A stretch of DNA of 64,000 bases from an uncultured Verrucomicrobiae bacterium (GTDB taxonomy: Bacteria; Verrucomicrobiota; Verrucomicrobiia; Chthoniobacterales; Chthoniobacteraceae), in contig CAVYKI010000003.1 of NCBI GenBank assembly GCA_963769025.1, positions 672,001 to 736,000 of the forward strand. Reading direction: 5' to 3'. The position numbers and the translations under genes were made by a program. Below the pieces are notes generated by a model. It did no database searches and was not told where the DNA came from. It saw nothing but the letters and a program-made list of their open reading frames with translations. Shown one piece after another: positions 1 through 10,077 of the stretch (its first letter is position 1; each line of letters begins with the position of its first letter).

Positions 1-206
1 TGGTCGCCGAGCAACTGCTCGTGTTCGACGATCTCCACATCGTGAATGCCCGCGCGCTCCAGGATCTGCGCGGCGACCTCCGCGCCGCGCACACCCGAGC
101 TCACGGGCATCTGGCTGTACTGGTGATAGACCCGTTTTACCCGCCACGCAGCTCCGAGCGAGATGGCGAGCGTGAATACGAACAGAAGGATGAAGAGTGG
201 ACTCAT
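1..206 (-). CDS. Putative neutral zinc metallopeptidase (YugP / Zn_peptidase_2-like), N-terminal part; runs off the window
   Basis: Not in the ORF track. Hand translation from ATG 206 gives MSPLFILLFVFTLAISLGAAWRVKRVYHQYSQMPVSSGVRGAEVAAQILERAGIHDVEIVEHEQLLGD(H): an N-terminal TM followed by the GAE.A..IL...GI.DV....L.DH pattern of YugP. Confidence 0.75.
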   Translation of the reverse strand, partial: MSPLFILLFVFTLAISLGAAWRVKRVYHQYSQMPVSSGVRGAEVAAQILERAGIHDVEIVEHEQLLGD

Positions 207-233
207 GGCGGGATGATTCCGCATCCACCCGAC

Positions 234-278
234 TTCGACAAATACGATGTTCCTTCCATACCGTTCGTTTTTTTGGAA
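234..278. promoter_or_regulatory. Two candidate LysR (NhaR-type) binding boxes in the divergent intergenic region
   Basis: TTCG-ACAAATA-CGAT (234-248) and TTCG-TTTTTTT-GGAA (264-278): two dyads with T-N11-A geometry, 30 bp apart, between the LysR gene and its divergent neighbour. Confidence 0.5.
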
Positions 279-291
279 GTCTCCGTCGCGC

Positions 292-1191
292 ATGGAATGG
301 CTCAACTATCATCACCTGATCTACTTCTGGACCGTGGCGAAGGAGGGCAGCCTGAAAAAGGCTGCCGAGAAGCTCCACGTCTCGCAGTCATCCATCTCCG
401 CGCAGGTCAGCGCCCTGGAATCAGCACTCGGCGAAAAGCTCTTCCGTCCCAGCGGGCGCACGAAGGTGCTCACCGAGATGGGGCGCGTGGTGATGGGTTA
501 TGCGGAGGACATTTCCTCCCTCGGCCGCGAACTGATGAACACCGTCAAGCACCGCGCCGGCACGCGGCCGATCCGATTCCACATCGGCGTCGCGGACTCG
601 GTGCCAAAGCAGATCGCCTACGAAATCATCCGGCCTGCCTTTCAGCTCCAGCCTCCGGTGGAGATGGTCTTGCGCGAAGGAAAGGTGGATTCCCTCCTCG
701 CGATGCTCGCCTCTCAGCGCCTGGACATCGTGCTCGCCGACGAACCCGCGTCGAGCACGCTGAAGTTTAAGACATTCAACCATCCCCTCGGCACCAGCGA
801 CGTGACTTTTTGCGCAACGCCGGCCCTTACGGCAAAGCTCCGCAGGAATTTCCCGCAGTCACTCCACGGCGCTCCGGCGCTGCTCCCGGCGGAGCACACC
901 GCTTTCCGGATGGCCTTGGAGACATGGTTCGATTCGCTCGGCATCCGTCCGCGCACGGTCGCTGAATTCGAGGACACCGCCCTGATGAACCCCGCCGCAG
1001 CCGATGGCCTTGGTTTCGTCCCCATCCACACCGTGATCGCGAAGCGGGCCGCCCGGCAAAACGGATGGAAGGTGATCGGCCGGGTCAGCGAATGCACGGG
1101 GCAGTTCTACGCGATCACCGCCGAGCGCAAACTCAAGCACCCGGCCATCGTCGTCATCACCGAGCACGCACAATCCAGACTCTTCGCCTGA
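292..1191 (+). CDS. nhaR: LysR-family transcriptional activator, NhaR-type
   Basis: MEWLNYHHLIYFWTVAKEGSLKKAAEKLHVSQSSISAQ HTH; GVADSVPK, AEFEDTALM and FYAITAERKLKHPA motifs typical of NhaR. ATG 292 preferred over 247. Confidence 0.85.
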   Translation: MEWLNYHHLIYFWTVAKEGSLKKAAEKLHVSQSSISAQVSALESALGEKLFRPSGRTKVLTEMGRVVMGYAEDISSLGRELMNTVKHRAGTRPIRFHIGVADSVPKQIAYEIIRPAFQLQPPVEMVLREGKVDSLLAMLASQRLDIVLADEPASSTLKFKTFNHPLGTSDVTFCATPALTAKLRRNFPQSLHGAPALLPAEHTAFRMALETWFDSLGIRPRTVAEFEDTALMNPAAADGLGFVPIHTVIAKRAARQNGWKVIGRVSECTGQFYAITAERKLKHPAIVVITEHAQSRLFA

Positions 1192-1230
1192 TCCGGATCC
1201 GGACTTTCGCGGCAAAAGCCGGTGTTTCGA

Positions 1231-3391
1231 TCAGAACGAGATTTTCGTCCCGAATACGAAGTTCCGTCCGGGTTCGTTGATGCCGGAGCCGTGGATGCGG
1301 TAGTCCTCGTCGGTGATGTTTTCGCAGGCGGTGTAGAGGTTGAGGTTCTTGCACGGACGCCAGCCGAGGCGCACGGAGCCGATGGCGTAGCCGGGCGTTC
1401 CTCCAGTCGGGATGCGCTCGGTGTCGGTGCGGTCGGAGAGCGAGAGGCGGGACTGCTTCGCCGCGAGGGTCGCGACGCCCTCAGCCCACCATCTTGCGTC
1501 CTCACTTTCCCAGCGGATGCCGAGCTGCGCGGTGAGCGGCTGGATGCGCGAGGAGGGATAAGTGCCGATGCGTGCTGCCGTTGAACTGCTCCGTCTCGCC
1601 CTCGGACCATGTGAAGGTGCCGAACGCCTTCCAGCCGCGCGCGAACATCCACGACACGCCGGCCTCGACGCCCTGCACGTAGCCGTCGCCGCTGTTGATG
1701 CGCTTCACCTCGGGGCTGCCGTCCACGGTCGCGCCGGTGCGGTAGCGGGTGATCTGATCCTCGATCCACATGTGATAGAAGGACGCGTAGAAGCTGACTG
1801 TTTCCGTGGAGACCTTCGTGCCGATCTCGAAGGAGAGATAATGTTCGGGGTCGAGATTCGCCACGGGCGTTTCGATTTCGCCGCTGCGCGCGATGTCGAA
1901 CGACGTGAAGTCGCTGAGGTTTGGCGCGCGGAATCCCTGCGAGAGGCCGGCGAACGATGTTCCACTGTTTCGTCACGTCGTACTGCGCGCGGAGCGAGAA
2001 GGTGAGCGCGTCGAATTGCTCCGTGAAGCTGGCGATGTTGAGCCGGTCCGTCAGGTCGGTATCGATGACGCCGGTGTCCGCCTGCGCCCACGTCCAGCGT
2101 GCGCCGGGGATGAGCTTCAGGCGCTCGCTGATCTTGATTTCATCCTGCACGTAGATGCCGAGCAGGTCGTAGCCGGAGTCGTCGGCGACGGGGCCACGCG
2201 GCTTGATGGAGCGCAGCGAGCCGTTCGCATTCCAGCTCGTGCCCCAGCTCTGCACGAAGTCGTGGTAATACTCGACGCCGTACGACCACAGCCCGACGGA
2301 TGACGGGCTCTCGAAATTCACGAGCACGCCGAGCTGGTCATCGCGGAAGCCGTCCACGTCGCGCCGGCCGGTGCTGCGGATGCGATCCTGTTCCTCGCGC
2401 TGGCTGTGAATGGAGAGCGTGAACGAGGCCTTCGAGAGCCAGTCCGCGATGTCGCGCGACTCGATGCGCATGTAGGCGAGTTCGCGGAGCTGGTCGAAAT
2501 CGCGCCGCTTGTCGGTGCCGACGGTGGTGCCCTCCCAGCTCTTGCCGTAGATCGTCGAGTGCCAGCGCGGCACGTTGTTTTGCTCGTCGCGCTGGAAGGC
2601 GAAGGTCACGTCGGTGTTCTTCGTCGGCCGCCACAGCATGGTGAAATCGCCGCTGATGCCGCCGTAGCCGCTGTTCGACTGCCTGCCGGTGCCGTCGCCC
2701 GCGCGGAGGTCGCCGAAGTCCTTGAACGTCAGCCCGCCCGCGATGCCGAGGTGCGGCGAGAGCGCGAGAGAAAATTCCCCGCGTGCCGTGTGCGAATTTT
2801 CCGCCGTGGCGTAGCGATACTCCATCGAGGCGTGCGCCTCCGGCCCGGTCGCCGCCGTGGATCGCGCCGTCCCGCGGGCTTGTCCTCCGGCCACGAGATG
2901 AGCGGCGGCTTGCGCGGGATCGCATTCACCGTCCCGCCGATCGCGTCGCTCCCGTAGAGCACGGACGAGGGGCCTTTCACCACCTCGATCCGGTCGATCG
3001 TGTACCGATCCATCGTCCCCCAATACTGGTTCGGCCCTTCGCGAAAGACGGCGTTGTTCAGCCGGATGCCATCAATGAGCGCGAGCGTGCGGAAGCCCGT
3101 GAAGCCGCGGATGAACGGCGAAGTCTGCCCGTAGCCGGTGCGCTGGAGCATCACGCCAGGGGTCTCTGCGAGCGCATCGGGAAAGGTCCGCACGTGCCTG
3201 CGCCCGAGGAAATCCGACCCGCCGATGACGTGCGCCGTGTACGGCACGTCGAAGAGCGAAGCCTCCGATCGGGTGGCGGTGATGAGGGTTTCATCGAGGA
3301 TGCTGAGCTTCAGCGGAGCCGCCGGATCCTGCGCGCGCGCGGCGGTGAGGGTGGCGAGACAGGCGATGGTGATGCGAAGTCGAGGCGACAT
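1231..3391 (-). CDS. TonB-dependent outer-membrane receptor (~720 aa), split by frameshifts at ~2880, ~1956 and ~1570
   Basis: Signal peptide MSPRLRITIACLATLTAARA; TonB-box-like ETLITATR; plug motifs PFIRGF, LIDGIRLN, IDRIEVVKGPSSVLYGSDAIGGTVN; barrel GFRAPN..NLDPE; C-terminus ENITDEDY..PGRNFVFGTKISF* ending in Phe (stop 1231-1233). Confidence 0.9.
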
Positions 3392-3426
3392 GAAGGGGTG
3401 GTGGGGTTGCAAGGTGTCGCGCCCTT

Positions 3427-3443
3427 AGCCAGAGCTGTGCCAA
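3427..3443 (-). promoter_or_regulatory. Sigma-54 (-24/-12) promoter for the TonB-dependent receptor
   Basis: Minus strand TTGGCACAGCTCTGGCT = GG-N10-GC with an intact TGGCAC, 35 bp upstream of the receptor ATG. A GAFTGA activator is encoded next door. Confidence 0.7.
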
Positions 3444-3578
3444 CGGAAATCGCAAGCGGTTGCATCCACGGCGGCAGGCACTTGGGTGGATTCAGAATTC
3501 CGCCCATCCGACGGGAGGAATAGAAAGTATTCGCCTTGCACCACTTTCAAGAACAGAAAGTGACCGCGCATTTTCCCG

Positions 3579-4955
3579 ATGTCCCGCAGCCTTTCCTCCC
3601 GCCTCGCCCTGCCATTCGTGGCGTTTGTCGCCGTGGGCTCAACCGCACTCGTCGCGTGGGTGCAGTTCGAGGAGACCCGCGAGTCCCGCGCCGCATTCCT
3701 CGCGACGGCAAATGCAAACGCGCAATTTGTCCGCAGCCAGCGCCTGCCCGCGACGGAGCGCACCGCGCAGGCCTTGGGCGAAGTGCTCGGGGTGGAGGCG
3801 TATTTTTGGCGTGGCGGCGATCCGCTGACTGCGGTGCCCGATCCCACCCGGCGGCTCGCCACACCGGAAGGTGCGGCGCTGGCCGAAGCGATGCGCCTCC
3901 CCGCCGGAGCCGTGCGTGCGAGCCACGAAGCGGAAAGCGTGCGGATGCCGATTGATGAACACGCAAGCCTGCTGCTTTTCCGCACCGGGCCGGACGGCGG
4001 CGGGCTTTGGCGGCCGCGCACGTTCGCAGTGCTCGGGGCGTTCTGGCTGCTCTCCGTCGCGCTCGCGTGGGCGCTGGCAAATGGAATTGTCGGCCCGCTG
4101 CGCAGCCTCGCGCAACGCCTCCCGCGCATCGCCGACGACGCCTCCGAGCCCGCGCTGCCGGAGTCCTCCCGGCCCGACGAAATCGGCCAGCTCGCCCGCG
4201 CGTATCTCGAAACTCGCGCCGCGCTCACCGGCGAACGCGCCGCCCGCCAGCAGGCCGAGCGGCTCGCGACGCTCGGGAAAATGGCCACCGGCCTCGCGCA
4301 CGAAATCAACAACCCGGTCACCGCGATCAAGCTCCACGCGCAGCTCCTCGAAGGCGAGACGTCCGCATCGCAGCCGGTGCGCGATTCGCTCGGCATCATC
4401 ATCGCCGAGGCGGCGAAAATCGAGGGCCTCGTGAGCCAGTGGATGTTCCTCGCGCGCCCGCAGCCGCCGCAGACTTCGCGCTGCGACCTCGCGGAAATCG
4501 TCGCCGCCGCCGTCCGCACGCACACACGGCCCGCGGAGCATTCCGGCGTGAAGATCGTGAACGAAACCGCCGCTGGCCTCTGGGTGAATTGCGACGCACG
4601 GCGCATGAGCCAGGCCGTGGGGAATCTCATCATCAACGCCATCCACGCCACCGCCGCGCACGGCGGCACGTTCACCATCCGCAGCCGGGAAAGCACGTAC
4701 ACCTCCGCATTCCGCGAGATCACTTTCACCGACACCGGCCCCGGCTTCAGCGAAGCCGCCCTCGCCCGCCACGCCGAACTGTTCTTCAGCGAAAAGGAAG
4801 GCGGCATGGGCATCGGCCTCAGCGTCACCTCGGAAATCGTCAAAGCCCACGGCGGCGAACTCCGCGTCGAAAATGTCGCCGGCGGCGCACGGGTCACGAT
4901 CCTCATGCCGCGCGCCGGGAATGCGAAATCAGAAATCGGAAATCAGAAATCCTAA
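3579..4955 (+). CDS. Sensor histidine kinase (2 TM, HAMP, HisKA, HATPase)
   Basis: Two TM segments; HAMP (PLRSLA..DEIGQLA); H-box LAHEINNP; N-box NLIINA; G boxes DTGPG and GMGIGL. Confidence 0.92.
   Translation: MSRSLSSRLALPFVAFVAVGSTALVAWVQFEETRESRAAFLATANANAQFVRSQRLPATERTAQALGEVLGVEAYFWRGGDPLTAVPDPTRRLATPEGAALAEAMRLPAGAVRASHEAESVRMPIDEHASLLLFRTGPDGGGLWRPRTFAVLGAFWLLSVALAWALANGIVGPLRSLAQRLPRIADDASEPALPESSRPDEIGQLARAYLETRAALTGERAARQQAERLATLGKMATGLAHEINNPVTAIKLHAQLLEGETSASQPVRDSLGIIIAEAAKIEGLVSQWMFLARPQPPQTSRCDLAEIVAAAVRTHTRPAEHSGVKIVNETAAGLWVNCDARRMSQAVGNLIINAIHATAAHGGTFTIRSRESTYTSAFREITFTDTGPGFSEAALARHAELFFSEKEGGMGIGLSVTSEIVKAHGGELRVENVAGGARVTILMPRAGNAKSEIGNQKS
4925..4952 (+). repeat. Tandem heptamer (GAAATCN)x4 at the kinase/regulator junction
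   Basis: GAAATCA GAAATCG GAAATCA GAAATCC immediately before TAA-ATG. Confidence 0.85.
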
Positions 4956-6315
4956 ATGGCCGCCGTTCTCATCATCGAAGACGAATCCTCCCTCGCCGCC
5001 GCGCTCGCCCGCGTGTGCCAGCGCCTCGGCTGGCAGGCCGAACTCCGCGCGAGCGGACGCGCCGGACTCGATGCGCTCCGCAGCGGCGAGTTCAGCCTCG
5101 CCATCCTCGACATCGGCCTCCCCGACCTCAGCGGCCTCGATGTGCTCGCGGAAGTCCGCAAGCGCGCCATCCCGATCCCGATCATCGTCATCACCGCGCA
5201 TGGCAAGCTGGAGAACGCCATCGCCGCGCGCCAGCTCGGAGCCGCCGCCTATCTGGTGAAGCCGCTCGATCTGCGCGAGGTCGAGCAAACCATCCGCCAC
5301 GCGATCTCCGCGGCTGCCGCAGGGGAAGGCACGCCCGGTGAGCAAAATCGGGAACCCGAGTTGCTCGGAAGTTCACCGGCGATGCAGCGCGTCTTCCTCG
5401 AGATCGCCCACGCCTGCACGACCGATGCGCCCGTGCTCCTCTCCGGCCCCACCGGCACCGGCAAGACCCTCGCGGCGCAAATCATCCACCGGCACAGCGC
5501 CCGCCGCGCCGCGCCGTTTGTCGCGCTGCATTGCGGCGCCCTGCAGGAGCAGCTCCTCGAAAGCGAACTCTTCGGCCACGAACGCGGTGCATTCACCGGC
5601 GCCGTGACCGACGCGCGCAGGCCATATCGAGCGCGCCCGAGGCGGCACGCTCTTCCTCGACGAGATCGGCGACATCTCGCCCACCGTGCAGGCCAAGCTG
5701 CTGCGCTTCGTCGAGGAGCGCGCCTTCACGCGCGTCGGCGGACGCGAGGACATCCGCGTCGAGCTGCGGCTGATCACCGCGACCAACCGGAACCTCCGCG
5801 AGGAAGTGAAGGCCGGACGTTTCCGCGAGGATCTCTTTTACCGCCTCCATGTCCTGGAGATCGAAATGCCCCCGCTGCGCGAGCGCGCCGCCGACATTCC
5901 CGCCCTCGCCGCGAATTTCCTGCGCTCCGCGCAGCGACCCCTTTCCGCCGCACCCGAGACCCTCGCCATCCTCCAGCGCCACGACTGGCCCGGCAACCTC
6001 CGCGAACTTCGCAACGTCCTCGAATACGCCGCCGCCGTCTGCACCGGCACCGTCATCCTTTCACAGCACCTCCCCCGCGAACTGCGCGAGCAAACGGTCC
6101 GCGACACTTCCCCCGACGCGCGCCTCTCCCCCGTCCTCGCCGGATGGCTCGATGCGCGCCTCGCGGAAAAATCCACCTACCGCGACATGCACGACGCCCT
6201 CGAAGCCCTCGCCCTGCGCCATCTCCTCACGCGTTTCGACGGCAAGCCCACCGTGCTCGCGCGCGAGACAAAAATGAACCGCGTCACGCTGCGGAAGAAG
6301 TTCGCCCGCAAGTAG
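4956..6315 (+). CDS. Sigma-54-dependent response regulator (NtrC family), one frameshift at ~5610
   Basis: Receiver (IIEDE, LDIGLPD, YLVKP); Walker A GPTGTGKT; ESELFGHERGAFTGA. After removing one base: GHIERARGGTLFLDEIGD, FREDLFYRL, WPGNLREL and a C-terminal Fis-like HTH ending at 6315. Confidence 0.9.
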
Positions 6316-6362
6316 GTTTTCTCCGCGACGCGTCCTGCCGCCGTCACGCCGGGCGCGCAGCT

Positions 6363-7013
6363 CTACGGCACCGTCACGCGGATGTTGCGGAACCACGTCG
6401 GGTCGCCGTGCTCGGTGAGCATCAGTTTCCCGCGGCCGGGGGCGAACCCCTCCTTGTTCTTGAACTTGCTCTTCGCGATCGCGGCCTTCCACTCGTCGGA
6501 TTTCGTGTCGGCCGAGGAGCAGAGCTTTCCGTTCAGCCAATGCTCGATCTTGCCATCCTTCGCCACGATGCGGCTGCTGTTCCATTCGCCGATCGGCTTG
6601 AGGATCTTGTCCTTCGCGGAATCGATGATGTCGTAAATGCTGCCCGTGTTGTGGCTCCCGCCCTTGAGCCCGTCGGCGTGCTTCTGGTCGTCGATCATCT
6701 GATACTCGATGCCGAGCCACTCCTTGCCGCCAACTTTCGTGACCCAGTATTTGATGCCGTTGTTGCCGCCATCAGCCAGCTTCCAATCCCACTCGAGCAC
6801 GAAATCCGAGTATTCCTTTTCGGAAAGCAGGTTGCCGCCGCCCTTGCCCGCGAGATGAATCACGCCGCCGTCTTCCACGACCCAGCCGGGACCGGGCTTC
6901 TCGCCCTTCGCATCCCGGAAATCGGCGAGCGTGAGCGTGACGGTATCGGCGACGGACCACGCGGAAGCGCAGAGCGCAAATGCCACGGTGAGGAGAAGAC
7001 GGGAGGTTTTCAT
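6363..7013 (-). CDS. DUF1080 (3-keto-disaccharide hydrolase family) secreted protein
   Basis: Signal peptide MKTSRLLLTVAFALCASAWS; YSDFVLEWDWK, GGNNGIKY, GIEYQMIDD, GEWNSSRI, IEHWLNG and WFRNIRV motifs. Confidence 0.9.
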   Translation of the reverse strand: MKTSRLLLTVAFALCASAWSVADTVTLTLADFRDAKGEKPGPGWVVEDGGVIHLAGKGGGNLLSEKEYSDFVLEWDWKLADGGNNGIKYWVTKVGGKEWLGIEYQMIDDQKHADGLKGGSHNTGSIYDIIDSAKDKILKPIGEWNSSRIVAKDGKIEHWLNGKLCSSADTKSDEWKAAIAKSKFKNKEGFAPGRGKLMLTEHGDPTWFRNIRVTVP

Positions 7014-7278
7014 GGAGGAGTGGGTTTGGTATTTGAACGGGGCGCATGCGCCCATTTGAGACGCGTCGCGGGAGCGCGAACGTTGCGAGTTTGCCTGCGC
7101 GTGGCGAGTCTCAAAATGGAGGACGGACGCAGCCGCGCGGCTGTGCGGGCAGCCGTGGAGGGAGGCGGGCCGGCGCTGCTTTGGCTTGTTCCCGCGACAC
7201 CGACGCAGCACGGTTCCTCCGCCCGGCCGCGCCTGCAGCCTGCGCGCCTTTTCATCCTCACTCCATCGACCGAACCCC

Positions 7279-8934
7279 ATGACCGCCCTACCACTCCGCA
7301 GAATCCTGACGGCACTCTGCCTCCTCTCGTTCACGCTCGCCGCAGTCGCCGCGCCTCCGGCGAATGACACCCCTTCCCTGCTCTCGAACGGAACGTTTGA
7401 AACCGACAGCAAAGGCACCGGATGGCCCGACGGATGGTCGCGCCCCGCCGGCAGTTCGTGGGAAAAGGAAGGCGACACGCGTTTCCTGCGGCTCCAACTG
7501 TCGAAGCCCGGCGACACGGTGCTCGTGTATCGCCTCGTGAATCTTCCGTCCCCGCCGCCGCCGGCATTGGAATTCCGCCTGCGCGTGCGCTACTCCGACA
7601 TCAAGCGCGGAAAGAACGCGTGGTTCGACGGCAGGATCATGGGGCATTTCAAAAATGCGGAGGGCAAGGTGGTGAAACCGGATCCTTCGACGCCATCGTT
7701 CACCGGCACCTCGAAGGGCTGGGTGGACAAGAGCTACATCGTGAAAGTCCCCGCGAGCGCACGTTCGCTGGAGCTGATGCCCTGCCTTTTTCAGGCCGCC
7801 TCGGGCACGCTGGACTTCGCGCGGATCGAGGTTTTTCCCGCGACTGCGGATCAGTTGCCCAAGCCCGAGCCCGTCATTCCCTCCGTGGCAATGACTCCTG
7901 CGAATCCCGCGTCGCTCCCCCCCGAACTGCACGTCTCCGGCGCGCAGATCCTGGCCAAGGACGGCAAGCCCGTGTGGCTCCAAGGCCTCTGCATCGACAG
8001 CCTCGAATGGTCCGCCGGTGGGGAAAAAATCCTGGTCACCGTCCCGGTGGCGATCGACCAGTGGAAGTCGAATGTGATCCGGCTTCCCGTGCGCGAACAC
8101 TTTTGGTTTGGGCGTGGCCCTTGGCAGAAGAAAGGCGAGGGCGGAATGGCTTACCGGAAGCTCGTCGATGCCGCCATCGAAGCTGCGGCCGCACGCGGTG
8201 CGTATGTGGCGCTGGACCTGCACCGCTTCGGCGCGCCGATGGCGAAGGACGTGGAGTTTTGGAAAGACGCCGCGCTTCGCTACAAGAACCACCCGGCGGT
8301 GCTGTTCGAATTGTTCAACGAGGCACACGGCATCTCGTGGAAAATCTGGCGCGACGGCGGTTCGCTCAAAGGCCCCGCCAACAAAAGCACCGACGTGAAC
8401 GCCGCGGAAAACACCGAAGAAACCGAAGGCGACGTCTCGACCGGGATGCAGGCATTGCTCGATGCCGTCCGCTCCACTGGCGCGCGCAACATCGTCATCG
8501 CCGGCGGACTGGACTGGGGCTACGACCTCTCCGGCGTGGTGAAGGACTACGCGCTCACCGAACGCGAAGGCGGAAACGGCATCGTGTATTCGTCGCACAT
8601 CTACCCGTGGAAAAAAGACTGGCAGGGAAAGACGCTGGATGCCGCCGCGAAGTATCCCGTCTTCATCGGCGAAGTAGGCACGCCGCCGGACTGGAAGAGC
8701 TTCCAATTCATCCCCGAAAGCGGACGGACCGAAGACCTCAGCAAGCCCGATTGGGCAATGGACATGATCGGGCTGATTCAAAAGCACAAACTCCACTGGA
8801 CCGCGTTCAGCTTCCACCCGAAGACCGGCCCGATGGTCATCCAGGATTGGGATTACACGCCGACCCCGTACTGGGGCGCGTTCGTCAAGGAAGCGCTCGC
8901 CGGCAAGGTGTATGAAATGAAGCGGATGCGCTAG
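7279..8934 (+). CDS. Glycoside hydrolase family 5 with an N-terminal carbohydrate-binding-like domain
   Basis: Signal peptide; LLSNGTFE..GWPDGW jelly-roll start; NVIRLP, ALDLH, FELFNEAH (acid/base), YSSHIY and PVFIGEVG (nucleophile). Confidence 0.88.
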   Translation: MTALPLRRILTALCLLSFTLAAVAAPPANDTPSLLSNGTFETDSKGTGWPDGWSRPAGSSWEKEGDTRFLRLQLSKPGDTVLVYRLVNLPSPPPPALEFRLRVRYSDIKRGKNAWFDGRIMGHFKNAEGKVVKPDPSTPSFTGTSKGWVDKSYIVKVPASARSLELMPCLFQAASGTLDFARIEVFPATADQLPKPEPVIPSVAMTPANPASLPPELHVSGAQILAKDGKPVWLQGLCIDSLEWSAGGEKILVTVPVAIDQWKSNVIRLPVREHFWFGRGPWQKKGEGGMAYRKLVDAAIEAAAARGAYVALDLHRFGAPMAKDVEFWKDAALRYKNHPAVLFELFNEAHGISWKIWRDGGSLKGPANKSTDVNAAENTEETEGDVSTGMQALLDAVRSTGARNIVIAGGLDWGYDLSGVVKDYALTEREGGNGIVYSSHIYPWKKDWQGKTLDAAAKYPVFIGEVGTPPDWKSFQFIPESGRTEDLSKPDWAMDMIGLIQKHKLHWTAFSFHPKTGPMVIQDWDYTPTPYWGAFVKEALAGKVYEMKRMR

Positions 8935-8969
8935 GAACCTTCCGACACGGCGCGAAATCTCCCACCGAC

Positions 8970-9941
8970 ATGCCGAGCACCGCCACGCATCGCCCACGCA
9001 TCGTCGTCCTCGACGGACACACCTTGAATCCCGGCGACCTCGATTGGCGCGGGGTCGGGGCGCTCGGCGAACTCACGGTCCACGAGCGCACGGACGACGA
9101 TGACATCGTCGCGCGCGCGACCGGTGCCGACATCATCTTCACGAACAAGACGCCCGTGACGGCCGCGACCATCGCCGCGCTCCCCGGGCTCCGCTTCATC
9201 GGCGTGCTCGCCACCGGCTACAATGTCGTGGATACCGCCGCGGCGAAGGCGCGCGGCGTTCCCGTCTGCAATGTCCCCGGCTACGGCACGGCTTCCGTCG
9301 CGCAGCACGTCTTCGCATTGCTCCTGGAACTCACGCAGCAAACCGGCCACCACGCGAAGACCGTGCGCGAGGGCCGCTGGAGCGAGTGCGCGGATTTCTG
9401 CTACTGGGATTTTCCGCTCGTCGAACTCGCCGGCCGCACGCTCGGAATCGTCGGCTACGGCCATATCGGCGGGGCGGTCGCGCGCATCGGCGTCGCGTTT
9501 GGCATGAAGGTCATCGCGAGCACGCGCAGCCCTCGCAGCGAGGAAGGTGTGGAGTTTGTTTCCACGGACGACGTCTTCCGGCGCGCCGATGTCGTCACGC
9601 TGCACTGCCCGCTCACCGACGCGACTCGTGGCCTCGTGAATGCCGCGCGCCTTGCGACGATGAAGCCCGCCGCATTCCTCATTAACACCGGCCGCGGCCC
9701 GCTCGTCGTCGAGCAGGAACTCGCCGACGCGCTCACCGCCGGACGCATCGCCGGCGCGGGCCTCGACGTGCTCTCCGTCGAGCCGCCCCAGCGCGACAAC
9801 CCGCTCTTCGGCGCGAAGCACTGCATCATCACCCCTCACATCGCCTGGGCCACGCACGCCTCGCGCTCGCGGCTCATGGACGTGGCGGTTGCAAATCTCC
9901 GCGCCTTCCTCGAGGGCAAGCCGCAGAACGTCGTGAACTGA
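8970..9941 (+). CDS. D-2-hydroxyacid dehydrogenase (glycerate dehydrogenase / hydroxypyruvate reductase-like)
   Basis: IVVLDGHTLNPGDL, ATGYNVVD, GIVGYGHIG Rossmann motif, LHCPLT, INTGRG, LDVLSVEPP and TPHIAWA. Confidence 0.92.
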   Translation: MPSTATHRPRIVVLDGHTLNPGDLDWRGVGALGELTVHERTDDDDIVARATGADIIFTNKTPVTAATIAALPGLRFIGVLATGYNVVDTAAAKARGVPVCNVPGYGTASVAQHVFALLLELTQQTGHHAKTVREGRWSECADFCYWDFPLVELAGRTLGIVGYGHIGGAVARIGVAFGMKVIASTRSPRSEEGVEFVSTDDVFRRADVVTLHCPLTDATRGLVNAARLATMKPAAFLINTGRGPLVVEQELADALTAGRIAGAGLDVLSVEPPQRDNPLFGAKHCIITPHIAWATHASRSRLMDVAVANLRAFLEGKPQNVVN

Positions 9942-10077
9942 GCGATGACGCGGAATGTCCTCATCACCTCGTCACCCTTCGCCGACCCCGGCGCGCGCGT
10001 AAGCGAGGCCGCAGCCCTCAGTGGGTGCTGAATCCCGAGGTCTTCGATTCACCCGCGCTGCGCATGTCCTTTTCCAA

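Noticed and set aside
1199..1222. Hairpin between convergent nhaR and the TonB receptor
   Set aside because: Bulged stem without a clear U-tract; plausible but too weak to call a terminator.
4956..7367. 803-aa ORF suggesting an NtrC fusion
   Set aside because: Read-through in the wrong frame after the ~5610 indel; the true AAA+/HTH part ends at 6315, and the rest overlaps DUF1080 antisense.
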